This document shows positions 37,170 through 46,002 of a stretch of DNA of 64,000 nucleotides, piece after piece. Location of the stretch: NCBI GenBank assembly GCA_965200085.1, contig OZ241333.1, positions 1,123,704 to 1,187,703 of the forward strand, in the 5' to 3' direction. Origin of the DNA: Dehalococcoidia bacterium. Lineage in GTDB: Bacteria > Chloroflexota > Dehalococcoidia > Lucifugimonadales > JADFKI01. The notes beneath the pieces were generated by a model. That model was not told the DNA's origin. It was given only the letters and a program-made list of their open reading frames with translations, and did not search any database. Every line of letters begins with the position of its first letter. The stretch's first letter is position 1. The translations under genes and the position numbers were made by a program.

Positions 37170-38357
37170 CTCACGCGTACCCAGTTTAGTACGAGGTATA
37201 GAAAAAGGTCGGATACTCAGGTATAGATATAAGTTGACAAAACTCTGCCTGAGGAGTCCGACCAATGAAATGGTATAACAGCATCAGCACATTTCTCAAC
37301 TGCGCTATCCCCAATATCAGAGCTACCAGAAAAGTTAACCTCGCTCTGTTAACCTGCTCTATCCTCTCTCGCCGCCAACTCTCACTATCCGTACTCGCAA
37401 GAGAACTTGCCCGATCCTCTCTAACCAGAACCAGCTCGCATCACCACAACAAGAAGCGACTGTTCCGCTTCCTGTCCAACCACCGCCTAGATCCCTTTCA
37501 AACACAGACCGCGATGATGCCTCACATCGTCTCAACCGCACGACTCAAAGGTCTCACACCCATAATGATAGACTGGTCTGATCTTGGCAGAGGTTTCAAC
37601 GGACTGTTCGCTGCGGTCTGCTTCAGGAAGAGAGGTCTCCCACTTCTGAGCTGGGTGTCGCGCAGTGAGGAGCTGAATCCCTCTCAAAATCGCCTTGAGG
37701 AGATGTTCATTCGCAGACTGGTAACTCACCTGCCCAACACTGTTCGTCCGCTGATACTTGCTGACAGGGGTTTTGGCAGAGCCAGTCTGCTTCTGTTTAT
37801 ACAGCGCCTCCCTTCTTTCAGTGGATACCCTGTGGACTATGTCATCCGGCTCAAGAAAGATGTGATAGTGCAGAGTGAGGAGTTCAGGTGCAGATTGCGA
37901 GATTACCCTCTGCGGAAGCGGCGCATCGTGTTCGTGCCGGGTGTGAAGTATCGTCAGGATGGCGCAGTGACTACAAACCTCGTGCTGTTCTGGGGAAGCG
38001 GACATAAGAATCCGTGGTATCTGGCGACTTCCTTGTCTGATGCGAGACTTGCTGTGAAGATGTACCGCAAGCGGATGCAGCCTGAACAGTACTTTAGGGA
38101 CGGCAAGCAGCGCTTCTCTCTTGCTTCTACGACCGTTACCACCTCAAGTCGTCTTCAGCGTCTGCTGCTTGGAGTTGTGCTGGCGTGTGTTGTGCTCATT
38201 CTTGTTGGGATGCGTGTATCGCCGTCATTTCGGAAACAAGTCTGTTCCTGGGGCAAACTTGGGGTTTTGCACCTCGGACTGGAATACTACTTTGCATACT
38301 ATGAACCTCCTCCCGACTATCTCGGCATCACTCCTTTCCAAACTGGGTACGTGTGAG
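37170..38357 (+). mobile_element. intact IS4-family insertion sequence (1188 bp)
   Basis: 18-bp terminal inverted repeats CTCACGCGTACCCAGTTT and CTCACACGTACCCAGTTT (17/18 match), a single DDE transposase ORF, and an 11-bp TSD. Confidence 0.85.
37265..38356 (+). CDS. IS4-family DDE transposase
   Basis: D in IMIDWSD, D in LILADRGFG, and the exact Y-x2-R-x3-E-x6-K signature YRKRMQPEQYFRDGK. The stop lies inside the right IR. Confidence 0.85.
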   Translation: MKWYNSISTFLNCAIPNIRATRKVNLALLTCSILSRRQLSLSVLARELARSSLTRTSSHHHNKKRLFRFLSNHRLDPFQTQTAMMPHIVSTARLKGLTPIMIDWSDLGRGFNGLFAAVCFRKRGLPLLSWVSRSEELNPSQNRLEEMFIRRLVTHLPNTVRPLILADRGFGRASLLLFIQRLPSFSGYPVDYVIRLKKDVIVQSEEFRCRLRDYPLRKRRIVFVPGVKYRQDGAVTTNLVLFWGSGHKNPWYLATSLSDARLAVKMYRKRMQPEQYFRDGKQRFSLASTTVTTSSRLQRLLLGVVLACVVLILVGMRVSPSFRKQVCSWGKLGVLHLGLEYYFAYYEPPPDYLGITPFQTGYV

Positions 38358-38368
38358 GGCCTTGACAC
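38358..38368 (+). repeat. right copy of the 11-bp target-site duplication GGCCTTGACAC
   Basis: Identical to 37159..37169. Confidence 0.8.
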
Positions 38369-38390
38369 TTGTTGCCAAGAACTATACTAT
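38362..38390 (+). promoter_or_regulatory. putative rny promoter: TTGACA (inside the TSD), 17 nt, TACTAT (or 15 nt, TATACT)
   Basis: Hexamers read directly from the sequence, about 60 nt upstream of the rny start. Confidence 0.45.
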
Positions 38391-38448
38391 TGGTTCATCG
38401 GGAGACCTAGATAATCTAGGGTTAATTACTATAAGGGAGGTGAGTGAA

Positions 38449-40047
38449 TTGGAATTCATCGCAATTTTCTCAATACTCGCCGTCCTCATAGGCCTTGCTA
38501 TAGGCGCACTTGGAGGATATTTCGGAAGAGGACTGCTGCAAAAAAAGAACTACGCAGCAGCGCAGTCGGAGGCTGCGAAGATACTTGAAGACGCCGCTGA
38601 TGAGCGGCGTACTATTATTGTCGAAGGTAAGGAGGAGGCACTAAAGTTTCGATCAGAGGCAGAATCGGAAATTCGCGATCGCCGTTCTGAAGTTCAGCGC
38701 ACAGAGCGACGCATTGCGAATAGACAGGAAAATGTTGAGCGGAGGTCCAATAACTTAGACCGCCGTGAAAGAAAGCTGTCTGATAAAGAGAAGGCTATTA
38801 CTGATCTGGAGCGTTCTCTTTCTGACCTCAAGGCTAAGAGAAAGCAGCGCTTACAAGAAATGAAGTCGGAGCACCTGCAGAAGCTGGAAGATATGCGCTC
38901 CGAACATCTCGCTAAATTGGAAGAAGTCGGTGAATTGTCGATTTTCGATGCGAAAAACCAGCTAATGGAGCACGCAGAACAGGAAATCCGACATGACATC
39001 GCAGTACGCTACCGCAGTCTTGAAGAGCAGGCGAAAGCAGAAGCGAACGAAAAGGCTCGCAATATTCTTGCCCTTGCAATTCACAGATTTGCGGCAGATG
39101 TGGTTTCCGAAGCCACAGTCACCATAGTGCAGCTCCCCAGCGACGACATGAAAGGTCGTCTTATAGGCCGTGAAGGACGTAACATACGCGCAATTGAGAA
39201 GGCTACAGGCGTAGATCTTATCATAGATGATACCCCTGAGGCGGTAACTCTATCCTGCTTTGATCCCGTACGCAGGGAGATTGCCCGCTTGGCCGTTACC
39301 AATCTGGTATCAGACGGAAGAATACATCCAGCCCGCATCGAGGAGATGGTGGGCAGATCGGAGAAAGAAGTCGCAGATATTATTTGGAGAAGTGGCGAAG
39401 AGGCCGCTCTCGAAGTCGGCGTTCGTGGACTGCAGCCGGATATCATCCGACTGCTCGGGCGCTTGAAGTATCGTTACAGCTACGGAGAGAATGTCCTGCA
39501 GCACAGCATCGAAGTGGCTCACTTGGCGAGCATGATTGCATCTGAGGTGGGAGCCAATATGAAGGTCGCCAGAGCGGGCGGTCTGCTCCATGATATTGGC
39601 AAAGCTCTTTCGCATGAAGTCGAAGGTCCCCACGCAGAGATTGGCGCAGATGTCGCGTTGAAGCACAGCGTGGCAAAGGCTGTCTGCACCTGCATCGCCG
39701 AACACCACGATGATGTTATGAGCACAACGGAAGCGTTCATCGTTTCCGCCGCTGACGCAATCAGCGCCGCGCGTCCAGGTTCCCGCCGAGACACTGCTGA
39801 GAACTACATTAAACGGCTTGAAGCGCTTGAAGAAGTCGGCAGGGCTTTCGACGGCGTGGATAAATGTTACGCTATTCAGGCGGGGCGAGAGGTGCGAGTG
39901 ATGGTCAAGCCGCAAGCGGTTGACGACGCTACTGCTGCGAAGATGGCCAACGACATCGTGAAGAAAATCGAGTCAACCTTGGTTTATCCTGGGCAAATCA
40001 AGGTAACCGTCATCCGTGAAAGCCGTGCAATCGGATACGCTCGCTAA
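38449..40047 (+). CDS. rny: ribonuclease Y
   Basis: N-terminal TM helix, coiled-coil region, KH domain (GREGRNIRAIEKATGVDLIIDD) and HD domain (GLLHDIGKA). Start set at TTG 38449, 8 nt after AAGGGAGG. The track's 38353 start would read through the IS end. Confidence 0.9.
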   Translation: MEFIAIFSILAVLIGLAIGALGGYFGRGLLQKKNYAAAQSEAAKILEDAADERRTIIVEGKEEALKFRSEAESEIRDRRSEVQRTERRIANRQENVERRSNNLDRRERKLSDKEKAITDLERSLSDLKAKRKQRLQEMKSEHLQKLEDMRSEHLAKLEEVGELSIFDAKNQLMEHAEQEIRHDIAVRYRSLEEQAKAEANEKARNILALAIHRFAADVVSEATVTIVQLPSDDMKGRLIGREGRNIRAIEKATGVDLIIDDTPEAVTLSCFDPVRREIARLAVTNLVSDGRIHPARIEEMVGRSEKEVADIIWRSGEEAALEVGVRGLQPDIIRLLGRLKYRYSYGENVLQHSIEVAHLASMIASEVGANMKVARAGGLLHDIGKALSHEVEGPHAEIGADVALKHSVAKAVCTCIAEHHDDVMSTTEAFIVSAADAISAARPGSRRDTAENYIKRLEALEEVGRAFDGVDKCYAIQAGREVRVMVKPQAVDDATAAKMANDIVKKIESTLVYPGQIKVTVIRESRAIGYAR

Positions 40048-40071
40048 CTTTGTTTCATCAAACTCTAATTG

Positions 40072-40121
40072 GATTGACCGTCAAAGGCTTGGCATTCAAG
40101 CTTTGGCGGTCAATCAGTTTT
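40072..40121 (+). terminator. intrinsic terminator of rny (about 19-bp stem, 5-nt loop, AGTTTT tail)
   Basis: GATTGACCGTCAAAGGCTTG / CAAGCTTTGGCGGTCAATC with one bulge and one G-U pair. Confidence 0.65.
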
Positions 40122-40205
40122 ACATCCCGGATAGTAGGGTTAACATAAGTTCTGACATCTTAATTGTACAAAGCGCAGTTTGCGTAACGGAGAAAGACAC
40201 AAATC

Positions 40206-41075
40206 GTGCCTACCATCAAAGCGGATCTACACCTACACACAACCTTCTCAGACGGTACACTGACCCCCACGCAGATCGTAGGGCTCTGCGCAGCGCGCGG
40301 CTTAAAGGTAATATGCATCAGTGATCACGATACCACCAACGGGCTGCCCGAGGCGTTCGATGCTGCGCGCGCATATCCAAACTTGTCCGTCATACCGGGT
40401 ATAGAATTGAGTACCGATGTACCCGGAAGCGAGATTCATATTCTGGGGTATTTTGTTGACCAGGCCGACGCTTCCCTTCAAGACATATTGAGGGAGTTTC
40501 GCAGCGGACGCCAAGACCGCGGCAGGAAGATGGTCGAAAACCTGAACGCTATGGGTTTGACTATATTGTGGGAGCGCGTTCAGCAAATAGCCGGAGATGC
40601 ATCTATCGGCAGACCCCACATAGCTCAGGCGCTCGTCGAATCAGGCTATGTGCAGTACCCCAGGGAGGCTTTCGACAAGTACATCGGACGCAATGGTGCG
40701 GCATACGTAGAGCGTCCCAAACTTTTACCAGAAGACGCTGTACGACTGCTGACGGAACATGGCGCACTGCCGGTCATGGCGCATCCCACCTACTCTGACT
40801 CAAAATCAGACCGTGGCGGTGTGTCCTCACTTCCCGACATCCTGAATGAGCTGAAAGCGGCAGGACTGGTCGGGATGGAAGTCTATTATGGAGATTATAC
40901 GCCTGAACAAGTGGAGTGGCTGCGCGGACTGGCGGACAAATTCGATCTTATACCTTGCGGCGGCAGCGACTACCATGCATTAGGCAATCCGGGTGAACCC
41001 GAACCGGGTACGGTCGGACCTCCGATGTCCAGCGTCGAAGCGCTCTGCGCTCTCAAGGCAGTGGCGGTTCAATGA
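40206..41075 (+). CDS. PHP-domain metal-dependent phosphoesterase (TrpH/YciV-like)
   Basis: ADLHLHTTFSDG N-terminus and a C-terminal GGSDYH. GTG start. Confidence 0.85.
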   Translation: MPTIKADLHLHTTFSDGTLTPTQIVGLCAARGLKVICISDHDTTNGLPEAFDAARAYPNLSVIPGIELSTDVPGSEIHILGYFVDQADASLQDILREFRSGRQDRGRKMVENLNAMGLTILWERVQQIAGDASIGRPHIAQALVESGYVQYPREAFDKYIGRNGAAYVERPKLLPEDAVRLLTEHGALPVMAHPTYSDSKSDRGGVSSLPDILNELKAAGLVGMEVYYGDYTPEQVEWLRGLADKFDLIPCGGSDYHALGNPGEPEPGTVGPPMSSVEALCALKAVAVQ

Positions 41076-41773
41076 CTATCACAGACGGGGTTCTGGTTAT
41101 ATCCGCCTATCTGTGGGGCGGCATTCCTACTGCATATCTTATTGCCCGTTTAGCCTCTGATATAGATATTCGCAGCTATGGATCGGGAAATGTGGGTGCA
41201 TCAAATGCGCTTGTGCATCTTGGCGCTAAGACAGGGATTGCCATAGGGGTGTTCGACTTTGTAGGGAAGGGTATGCTTCCCGTGCTGCTGGCACGCTTAT
41301 TAGACGCATCCCTCGCTGTGCAAGTGGCTGTGGGACTTGCATCAGTGGCGGGGCATAACTGGTCGCCGTATATTAGATTCACCGGCGGACGGGGCGTGGG
41401 TACGGCGGGCGGTCTGATTATCGCGTTTGCTCTGTGGTATGAAGCCGTTGTAGCGACAATTCTCATTGTGGGGCTTGGCAGACTCACGCTCAAAGACACA
41501 GGATTGCTTACGCTGATAGCCATGCTTGCGCTGCCGTTTACCGCTATTGCGGTAGGCGCTTTGCAATTGGCTGTAAGACCCGCAGAACTAATCGTAATGT
41601 GCGCTCTTATAACTACACTCTTAATCGCCAAGCGCCTAATCGCAAACTGGGAAAATCCTTCTAAGAATCAACCTGTTCTTCAAACGGCAATATATCGTAT
41701 CCTATGGGATAGAGATGTTCCCAAAAGGCAGGATTGGACAGAACGCACCCCTGAAGAAGAAAGAGTTTCTTGA
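41072..41773 (+). CDS. plsY: glycerol-3-phosphate acyltransferase PlsY
   Basis: GSGNVGASN motif and a polytopic protein. The ATGA overlaps the PHP gene stop. Confidence 0.85.
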   Translation: MTITDGVLVISAYLWGGIPTAYLIARLASDIDIRSYGSGNVGASNALVHLGAKTGIAIGVFDFVGKGMLPVLLARLLDASLAVQVAVGLASVAGHNWSPYIRFTGGRGVGTAGGLIIAFALWYEAVVATILIVGLGRLTLKDTGLLTLIAMLALPFTAIAVGALQLAVRPAELIVMCALITTLLIAKRLIANWENPSKNQPVLQTAIYRILWDRDVPKRQDWTERTPEEERVS

Positions 41774-41785
41774 GACATCATAACA

Positions 41786-42310
41786 ATGACACAGACGCAG
41801 TATTGCACCAGACATCCAAAAAACGAGACTAATATACGCTGCGGGAGGTGTGAGGAGGCTATCTGTCCGGACTGCCTTGTGCATTCGCCCGTCGGTATGC
41901 GCTGTCCGGACTGCGCGCGTGTTAACCGAGTTCCCACTTATGACGTTACCCTGCCATATCTCCTGCGCGGAATCACAGCGGGGTTAGCGGCTGCTTTGCT
42001 TTTGGGGGTAGTTTTCTACTTTGCTGCTCAGGCGCTTTTCAATATAGTTCTGTTCAGCGGAATACCCATGCTAAACATCATATTTCCAATTGTGCATGTG
42101 GTCGTTACCGCGGCAATCGGATTAGCCATTGGCGAAGCGGTAAGCCTTGCCACGAATCGCAAGCGTGGAATGAGACTAAAGATCGTAAGCGCAGCCTGCG
42201 TGTTTGTAGCGTCAATACCTCTCACTATCGCATTCCCGGCAGCCTTCAGCACAATGTATTTGTTCATAGGTTTGGCGCTGGCGACTTGGCTCTCAATTCG
42301 TCCCTTCTAG
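41786..42310 (+). CDS. membrane protein with an N-terminal B-box-like zinc finger
   Basis: CTRHPKNETNIRCGRCEEAICPDCLVHSPVGMRCPDC followed by about 4 TM helices. Confidence 0.6.
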   Translation: MTQTQYCTRHPKNETNIRCGRCEEAICPDCLVHSPVGMRCPDCARVNRVPTYDVTLPYLLRGITAGLAAALLLGVVFYFAAQALFNIVLFSGIPMLNIIFPIVHVVVTAAIGLAIGEAVSLATNRKRGMRLKIVSAACVFVASIPLTIAFPAAFSTMYLFIGLALATWLSIRPF

Positions 42311-42597
42311 CTCCGGGCTGCTCACGCTATTTCATTATGAACGCATCGAAAGCGGAGTGAAGATTTTTGTATTATTCGCACTATCGGGTATCTGTAGGCT
42401 ATCCACGCGGCAAGTCTTTATAAGAGACAAGCAAGCCTGCGTTGCAATTGCCTGCGAAGGTCGGAAACTCACACCCACGGATACTCGTATAGAGATTTTC
42501 ATCATCATAGGATTGCAAACCGACGGATATTCGTTGACAGCCGAATCTTGTTATCACTGAAATTGCTGAACTGTAAATCCCGCAATCGCATCACCAC

Positions 42598-43038
42598 ATG
42601 GATGAACTAGACGCTAAGATAATATCAACACTGCGTCAGGACGGCAGGGCGTCTAACGCCGGCATTGCCCGAAGCGCAGGGGTAAGCGAAGGCACGGTGC
42701 GCCGCCGCTTGCGCCGCCTCATAGACGAACGGCGCATATTCGTAGTAGCTGTTCCCAATCCCAACACAACGGGTAGTGCGTTCGAGGCGCTCATCGGTGT
42801 CCAGGCGGATCCCGACAAGACTGATTTTGTGGCTAATGCGATGTCTGTCCTGGATGAACTATCTTGGGTAACGGTCAGCACGGGACCTTACGACATCTAC
42901 GGCTGGGTAACACTTGCTTCGCCACCGGACTTGAGCGAGTTTCTGCGTGTCAAAATAGCGCCCATATCGGGCGTGCGCCGCACGGAAACTTTCGTGCATC
43001 TTGAAGTGAAGAAACGCTTTTACGGAATCGCCACCTGA
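42598..43038 (+). CDS. Lrp/AsnC family transcriptional regulator
   Basis: HTH LDAKIISTLRQDGRASNAGIARSAGVSEGTVRRRLRRL plus a C-terminal RAM-type domain. Confidence 0.85.
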   Translation: MDELDAKIISTLRQDGRASNAGIARSAGVSEGTVRRRLRRLIDERRIFVVAVPNPNTTGSAFEALIGVQADPDKTDFVANAMSVLDELSWVTVSTGPYDIYGWVTLASPPDLSEFLRVKIAPISGVRRTETFVHLEVKKRFYGIAT

Positions 43039-43092
43039 CGCCAGGACTGATTCACGCTGCTGCTTACCCCTGAAATCTGGCGTCCCAGCCTG

Positions 43093-43098
43093 TATAAT
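43093..43098 (+). promoter_or_regulatory. consensus -10 box TATAAT upstream of aspS
   Basis: ccTGTATAATttc, 36 nt upstream of the aspS TTG start. No clear -35. Confidence 0.4.
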
Positions 43099-43133
43099 TT
43101 CTATACACTCGTGATTTCAAGGGGGCAGAATAA

Positions 43134-44933
43134 TTGCTTAAGACCATTAACTGCGGCGAAGTACGCGCCGAACACATTGGCAAGACAGTAACTCTGGCAG
43201 GTTGGGTGCATCGCCGCCGTGACCATGGCGGACTTATCTTCATAGACCTGCGCGACCGTGAAGGGCTGATACAAGTCGTCTTTAACCCGGATGACGCACC
43301 ATCCGATATTCACAGCATAGCGGAGTCACTACGCAACGAATGGGTTGTACAAATTACGGGCACCGTAACCGAACGTCCGGAAGGCACTGATAATCCGAAC
43401 ATTGCCACAGGCGAAATTGAGGTCGCTGCTGAGCAAGTCAGGGTACTTAACGAATCCAAAACACCTCCGTTTTACATCAATGAGGAGAGCGAAGTTGACG
43501 AACTGATTCGTATGAAGTATCGCTTCCTTGATCTACGCCGTCAATCAATGCGCGACACTATCATTATGCGCCACGAGGTAGTGCGCTTTATTCGAGATTT
43601 CCTCAGCGAGCGCGGCTTCCTCGAAGTTGAAACACCTATCCTCATCAAGAGTACACCGGAAGGCGCACGCGATTACCTCGTGCCGAGCCGTATATATCCA
43701 GGACGGTTCTACGCTCTGCCTCAGTCTCCCCAGCAGCTCAAGCAGCTTCTTATGGCTGCGGGCGTCGAGAAATACTTCCAGATTGCGCGCTGTTTCCGTG
43801 ACGAAGACCCGCGCGCCGACCGCCAGCCGGAACACACTCAGCTCGATTTGGAAATGAGCTTCGTGGAAGAAGACGACGTACTCAACCTGATTGAAGAACT
43901 TTACACAAAACTCATCGAGGCGCTGTTTCCCGAAAAGTGGATTATACGACCGTTTCCGCGCATCACCTATGCTGAAGCGATGGCGTCTTATGGCACCGAC
44001 AAACCTGATCTGCGCTTCGATTTAGACATGGCTGACCTATCTGACATAGCGGCTCAGACCGACTTCCGCGTGTTTACATCAGTCGTCGCCAACGGCGGCA
44101 TAGTCAAGGGCTTCAAAGCCCCCGGATGCGCTTCTTACTCCCGCCGCCAAACAGATACCCTCATCGACTTCGCCAAGGCAAACGGCGCGCAGGGATTGGT
44201 TACCATCGCACTCACAGGAGAGGGCGAGCTGGACGACCTGACGCCGGACGGCATACGTTCAGCAGCAGCACGCTTCTTAACAGTGGAACAGGTGAAAGCT
44301 ATTGCACATAGAACCGAAGCGGAAATCGGGGACATGATTCTCATCGTAGCAGGACCTTCCAAGACGACGAATCAGGCACTGAGCGCGCTGCGCAACGAAA
44401 TGGGACGCAGGCTCGAACTCGCAGACCCCAATCTCATCGCGTTCGCCTTCGTAACCGATTTCCCTTTGTTCGAGTGGAATGTGGACGAAAAACGATGGGA
44501 CGCTATGCACCACGCCTTCTCCATGCCCAAAGACGGGCACGAAGCATATTTGGATACCGATCCGGGCAAGGTTATAGGCAGGCTTTACGACCTCGTTGCA
44601 AATGGGGAAGAGCTTGCGAGCGGAAGTATCCGAATCCACAACCGTGAACTGCAGGAGCGTGTTTTCGGCGTACTTGGCTACACGAAAGAGCAGGTCGCAG
44701 AACGATTTGAGCAGCTCCTCACTGCGTTCGAGTATGGCGCGCCGCCGCATGGTGGTATAGCGCCGGGTATCGACAGGCTCATGATGGTGTTGACCGGGCG
44801 TGATAACATTCGAGATGTCATCGCGTTCCCTAAGACGCAGAGCGGTTTCGACCCGTTGTTTGAAGCGCCAAACTTCGTGGAGGAGAACCACCTCGAAGAG
44901 CTGCATATCAGTATTAATGCTGAAGATATGTAA
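43134..44933 (+). CDS. aspS: aspartate--tRNA ligase
   Basis: 599 aa. N-terminal OB fold (GWVHRRRDHGGLIFIDLRD) and class II motifs (FRDEDPRADRQPE, GGIAPGIDRL). Confidence 0.95.
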   Translation: MLKTINCGEVRAEHIGKTVTLAGWVHRRRDHGGLIFIDLRDREGLIQVVFNPDDAPSDIHSIAESLRNEWVVQITGTVTERPEGTDNPNIATGEIEVAAEQVRVLNESKTPPFYINEESEVDELIRMKYRFLDLRRQSMRDTIIMRHEVVRFIRDFLSERGFLEVETPILIKSTPEGARDYLVPSRIYPGRFYALPQSPQQLKQLLMAAGVEKYFQIARCFRDEDPRADRQPEHTQLDLEMSFVEEDDVLNLIEELYTKLIEALFPEKWIIRPFPRITYAEAMASYGTDKPDLRFDLDMADLSDIAAQTDFRVFTSVVANGGIVKGFKAPGCASYSRRQTDTLIDFAKANGAQGLVTIALTGEGELDDLTPDGIRSAAARFLTVEQVKAIAHRTEAEIGDMILIVAGPSKTTNQALSALRNEMGRRLELADPNLIAFAFVTDFPLFEWNVDEKRWDAMHHAFSMPKDGHEAYLDTDPGKVIGRLYDLVANGEELASGSIRIHNRELQERVFGVLGYTKEQVAERFEQLLTAFEYGAPPHGGIAPGIDRLMMVLTGRDNIRDVIAFPKTQSGFDPLFEAPNFVEENHLEELHISINAEDM

Positions 44934-45054
44934 TCCAGCAAATCAAGCGTTTGGTGCGGGGTGTCAGGCGAAGTGCGCGCCTTCCGAACGCAATACAGCG
45001 TCCGATACCCTTGCATCCACACCAATATCAGAGTGAGAAAAGTACCAGATACAA

Positions 45055-45093
45055 ATGAGTGCAGAAAGGGAAATACACCCTTTCTGCACTCAT
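45055..45093. terminator. bidirectional terminator between aspS and the enoyl-CoA hydratase gene (14-16-bp perfect stem, 7-nt loop)
   Basis: GAGTGCAGAAAGGG-aaataca-CCCTTTCTGCACTC, with T-rich flanks on both strands. Confidence 0.65.
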
Positions 45094-45130
45094 ATTTCTT
45101 CGCAGCCGCAAAAACTGTTGATATGCCTTA

Positions 45131-45937
45131 TCAGAACGGAGCGTCGCGCGCCTCCAGAAATGCGCGCATTCCCTGCTCCTGCTTTATGATTTCGAGCGCC
45201 TCTTTTTCGGGAACATTGGGCGCCATTGCCTCTATCATACGCAGCATTAGGTGATGCTCAAACGCCTCAGAGAATCCCATCTTCTCATAAGTGCCTTTAA
45301 TGCTTCGCTTCATCATTTGAACGGCATACGGAGGCACATTGGCGATACGCGTGGCAGCCTTGCGGGCATTATCCATCAGTTCGTCCGCCGGCACTACCCA
45401 GTTCACCATGTTCCATTTCTCCGCAGTACGCGCATCCACGGTATCGCCGGTATAGTACAGCCAGTGGAGATGTCGCAGCGGAATCATGAACGGCAGCATA
45501 ATCGCCGGTGAATGTGCCACAAATCTTATCTCCGGCTCGCCGAACGTCGCATTCTCTGCAGCGATTACGATGTCGGCGGTCATCGCCAGCACATTGCCGG
45601 CAGCGAGTGCGTAGCCGTTCACCGCGGCGATGGTCGGCTGCCGCAGGTGCCACAGCTTCATCAGAGTTCGTGCGGGCAGGTGCTTTGAGTCCCAATAAGC
45701 CGTCGCAGGTATATCCGGCGCTTCCTGCCCCGGTGATATGTCGTATCCTGCAGAGAATGCCTTGCCCGCGCCTGTGAGTATCAGCACATTGACATTGTGG
45801 TCGTTATGCACATTGTCCAAGGCGTCGCTGAACTCCGTAAGCAGTTCTGTGCTCAGCGCGTTCATCTTGGCGGGACGATTTAGCGTTAGAGTCGCAATTC
45901 GATCCGACTTTTCCAGTTTGATGAACTCGTAACCCAT
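45131..45937 (-). CDS. enoyl-CoA hydratase/isomerase (crotonase) family protein
   Basis: LTLNRPAKMNAL and GAGKAFSAGYD crotonase motifs. Confidence 0.85.
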   Translation of the reverse strand: MGYEFIKLEKSDRIATLTLNRPAKMNALSTELLTEFSDALDNVHNDHNVNVLILTGAGKAFSAGYDISPGQEAPDIPATAYWDSKHLPARTLMKLWHLRQPTIAAVNGYALAAGNVLAMTADIVIAAENATFGEPEIRFVAHSPAIMLPFMIPLRHLHWLYYTGDTVDARTAEKWNMVNWVVPADELMDNARKAATRIANVPPYAVQMMKRSIKGTYEKMGFSEAFEHHLMLRMIEAMAPNVPEKEALEIIKQEQGMRAFLEARDAPF

Positions 45938-46002
45938 ATAATTCTGTCCTTATCTGACCGTCAACATTTTAACTGTCCCAATCGGATTGAGCGCTAATGG
46001 CG

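Noticed and set aside
38353-38448. The track's 5' extension of rny (MRALTLVAKNYTIGSSGDLDNLGLITIREVSE).
   Set aside because: It would start inside the IS right inverted repeat and read through the promoter. A TTG at 38449, 8 nt after AAGGGAGG, gives the canonical RNase Y N-terminal TM helix.
42357-42560. 67-aa ORF between the B-box membrane protein gene and lrp.
   Set aside because: No RBS. The region contains a promoter-like TTGACA-18-TGAAAT for lrp, so it is more likely non-coding.
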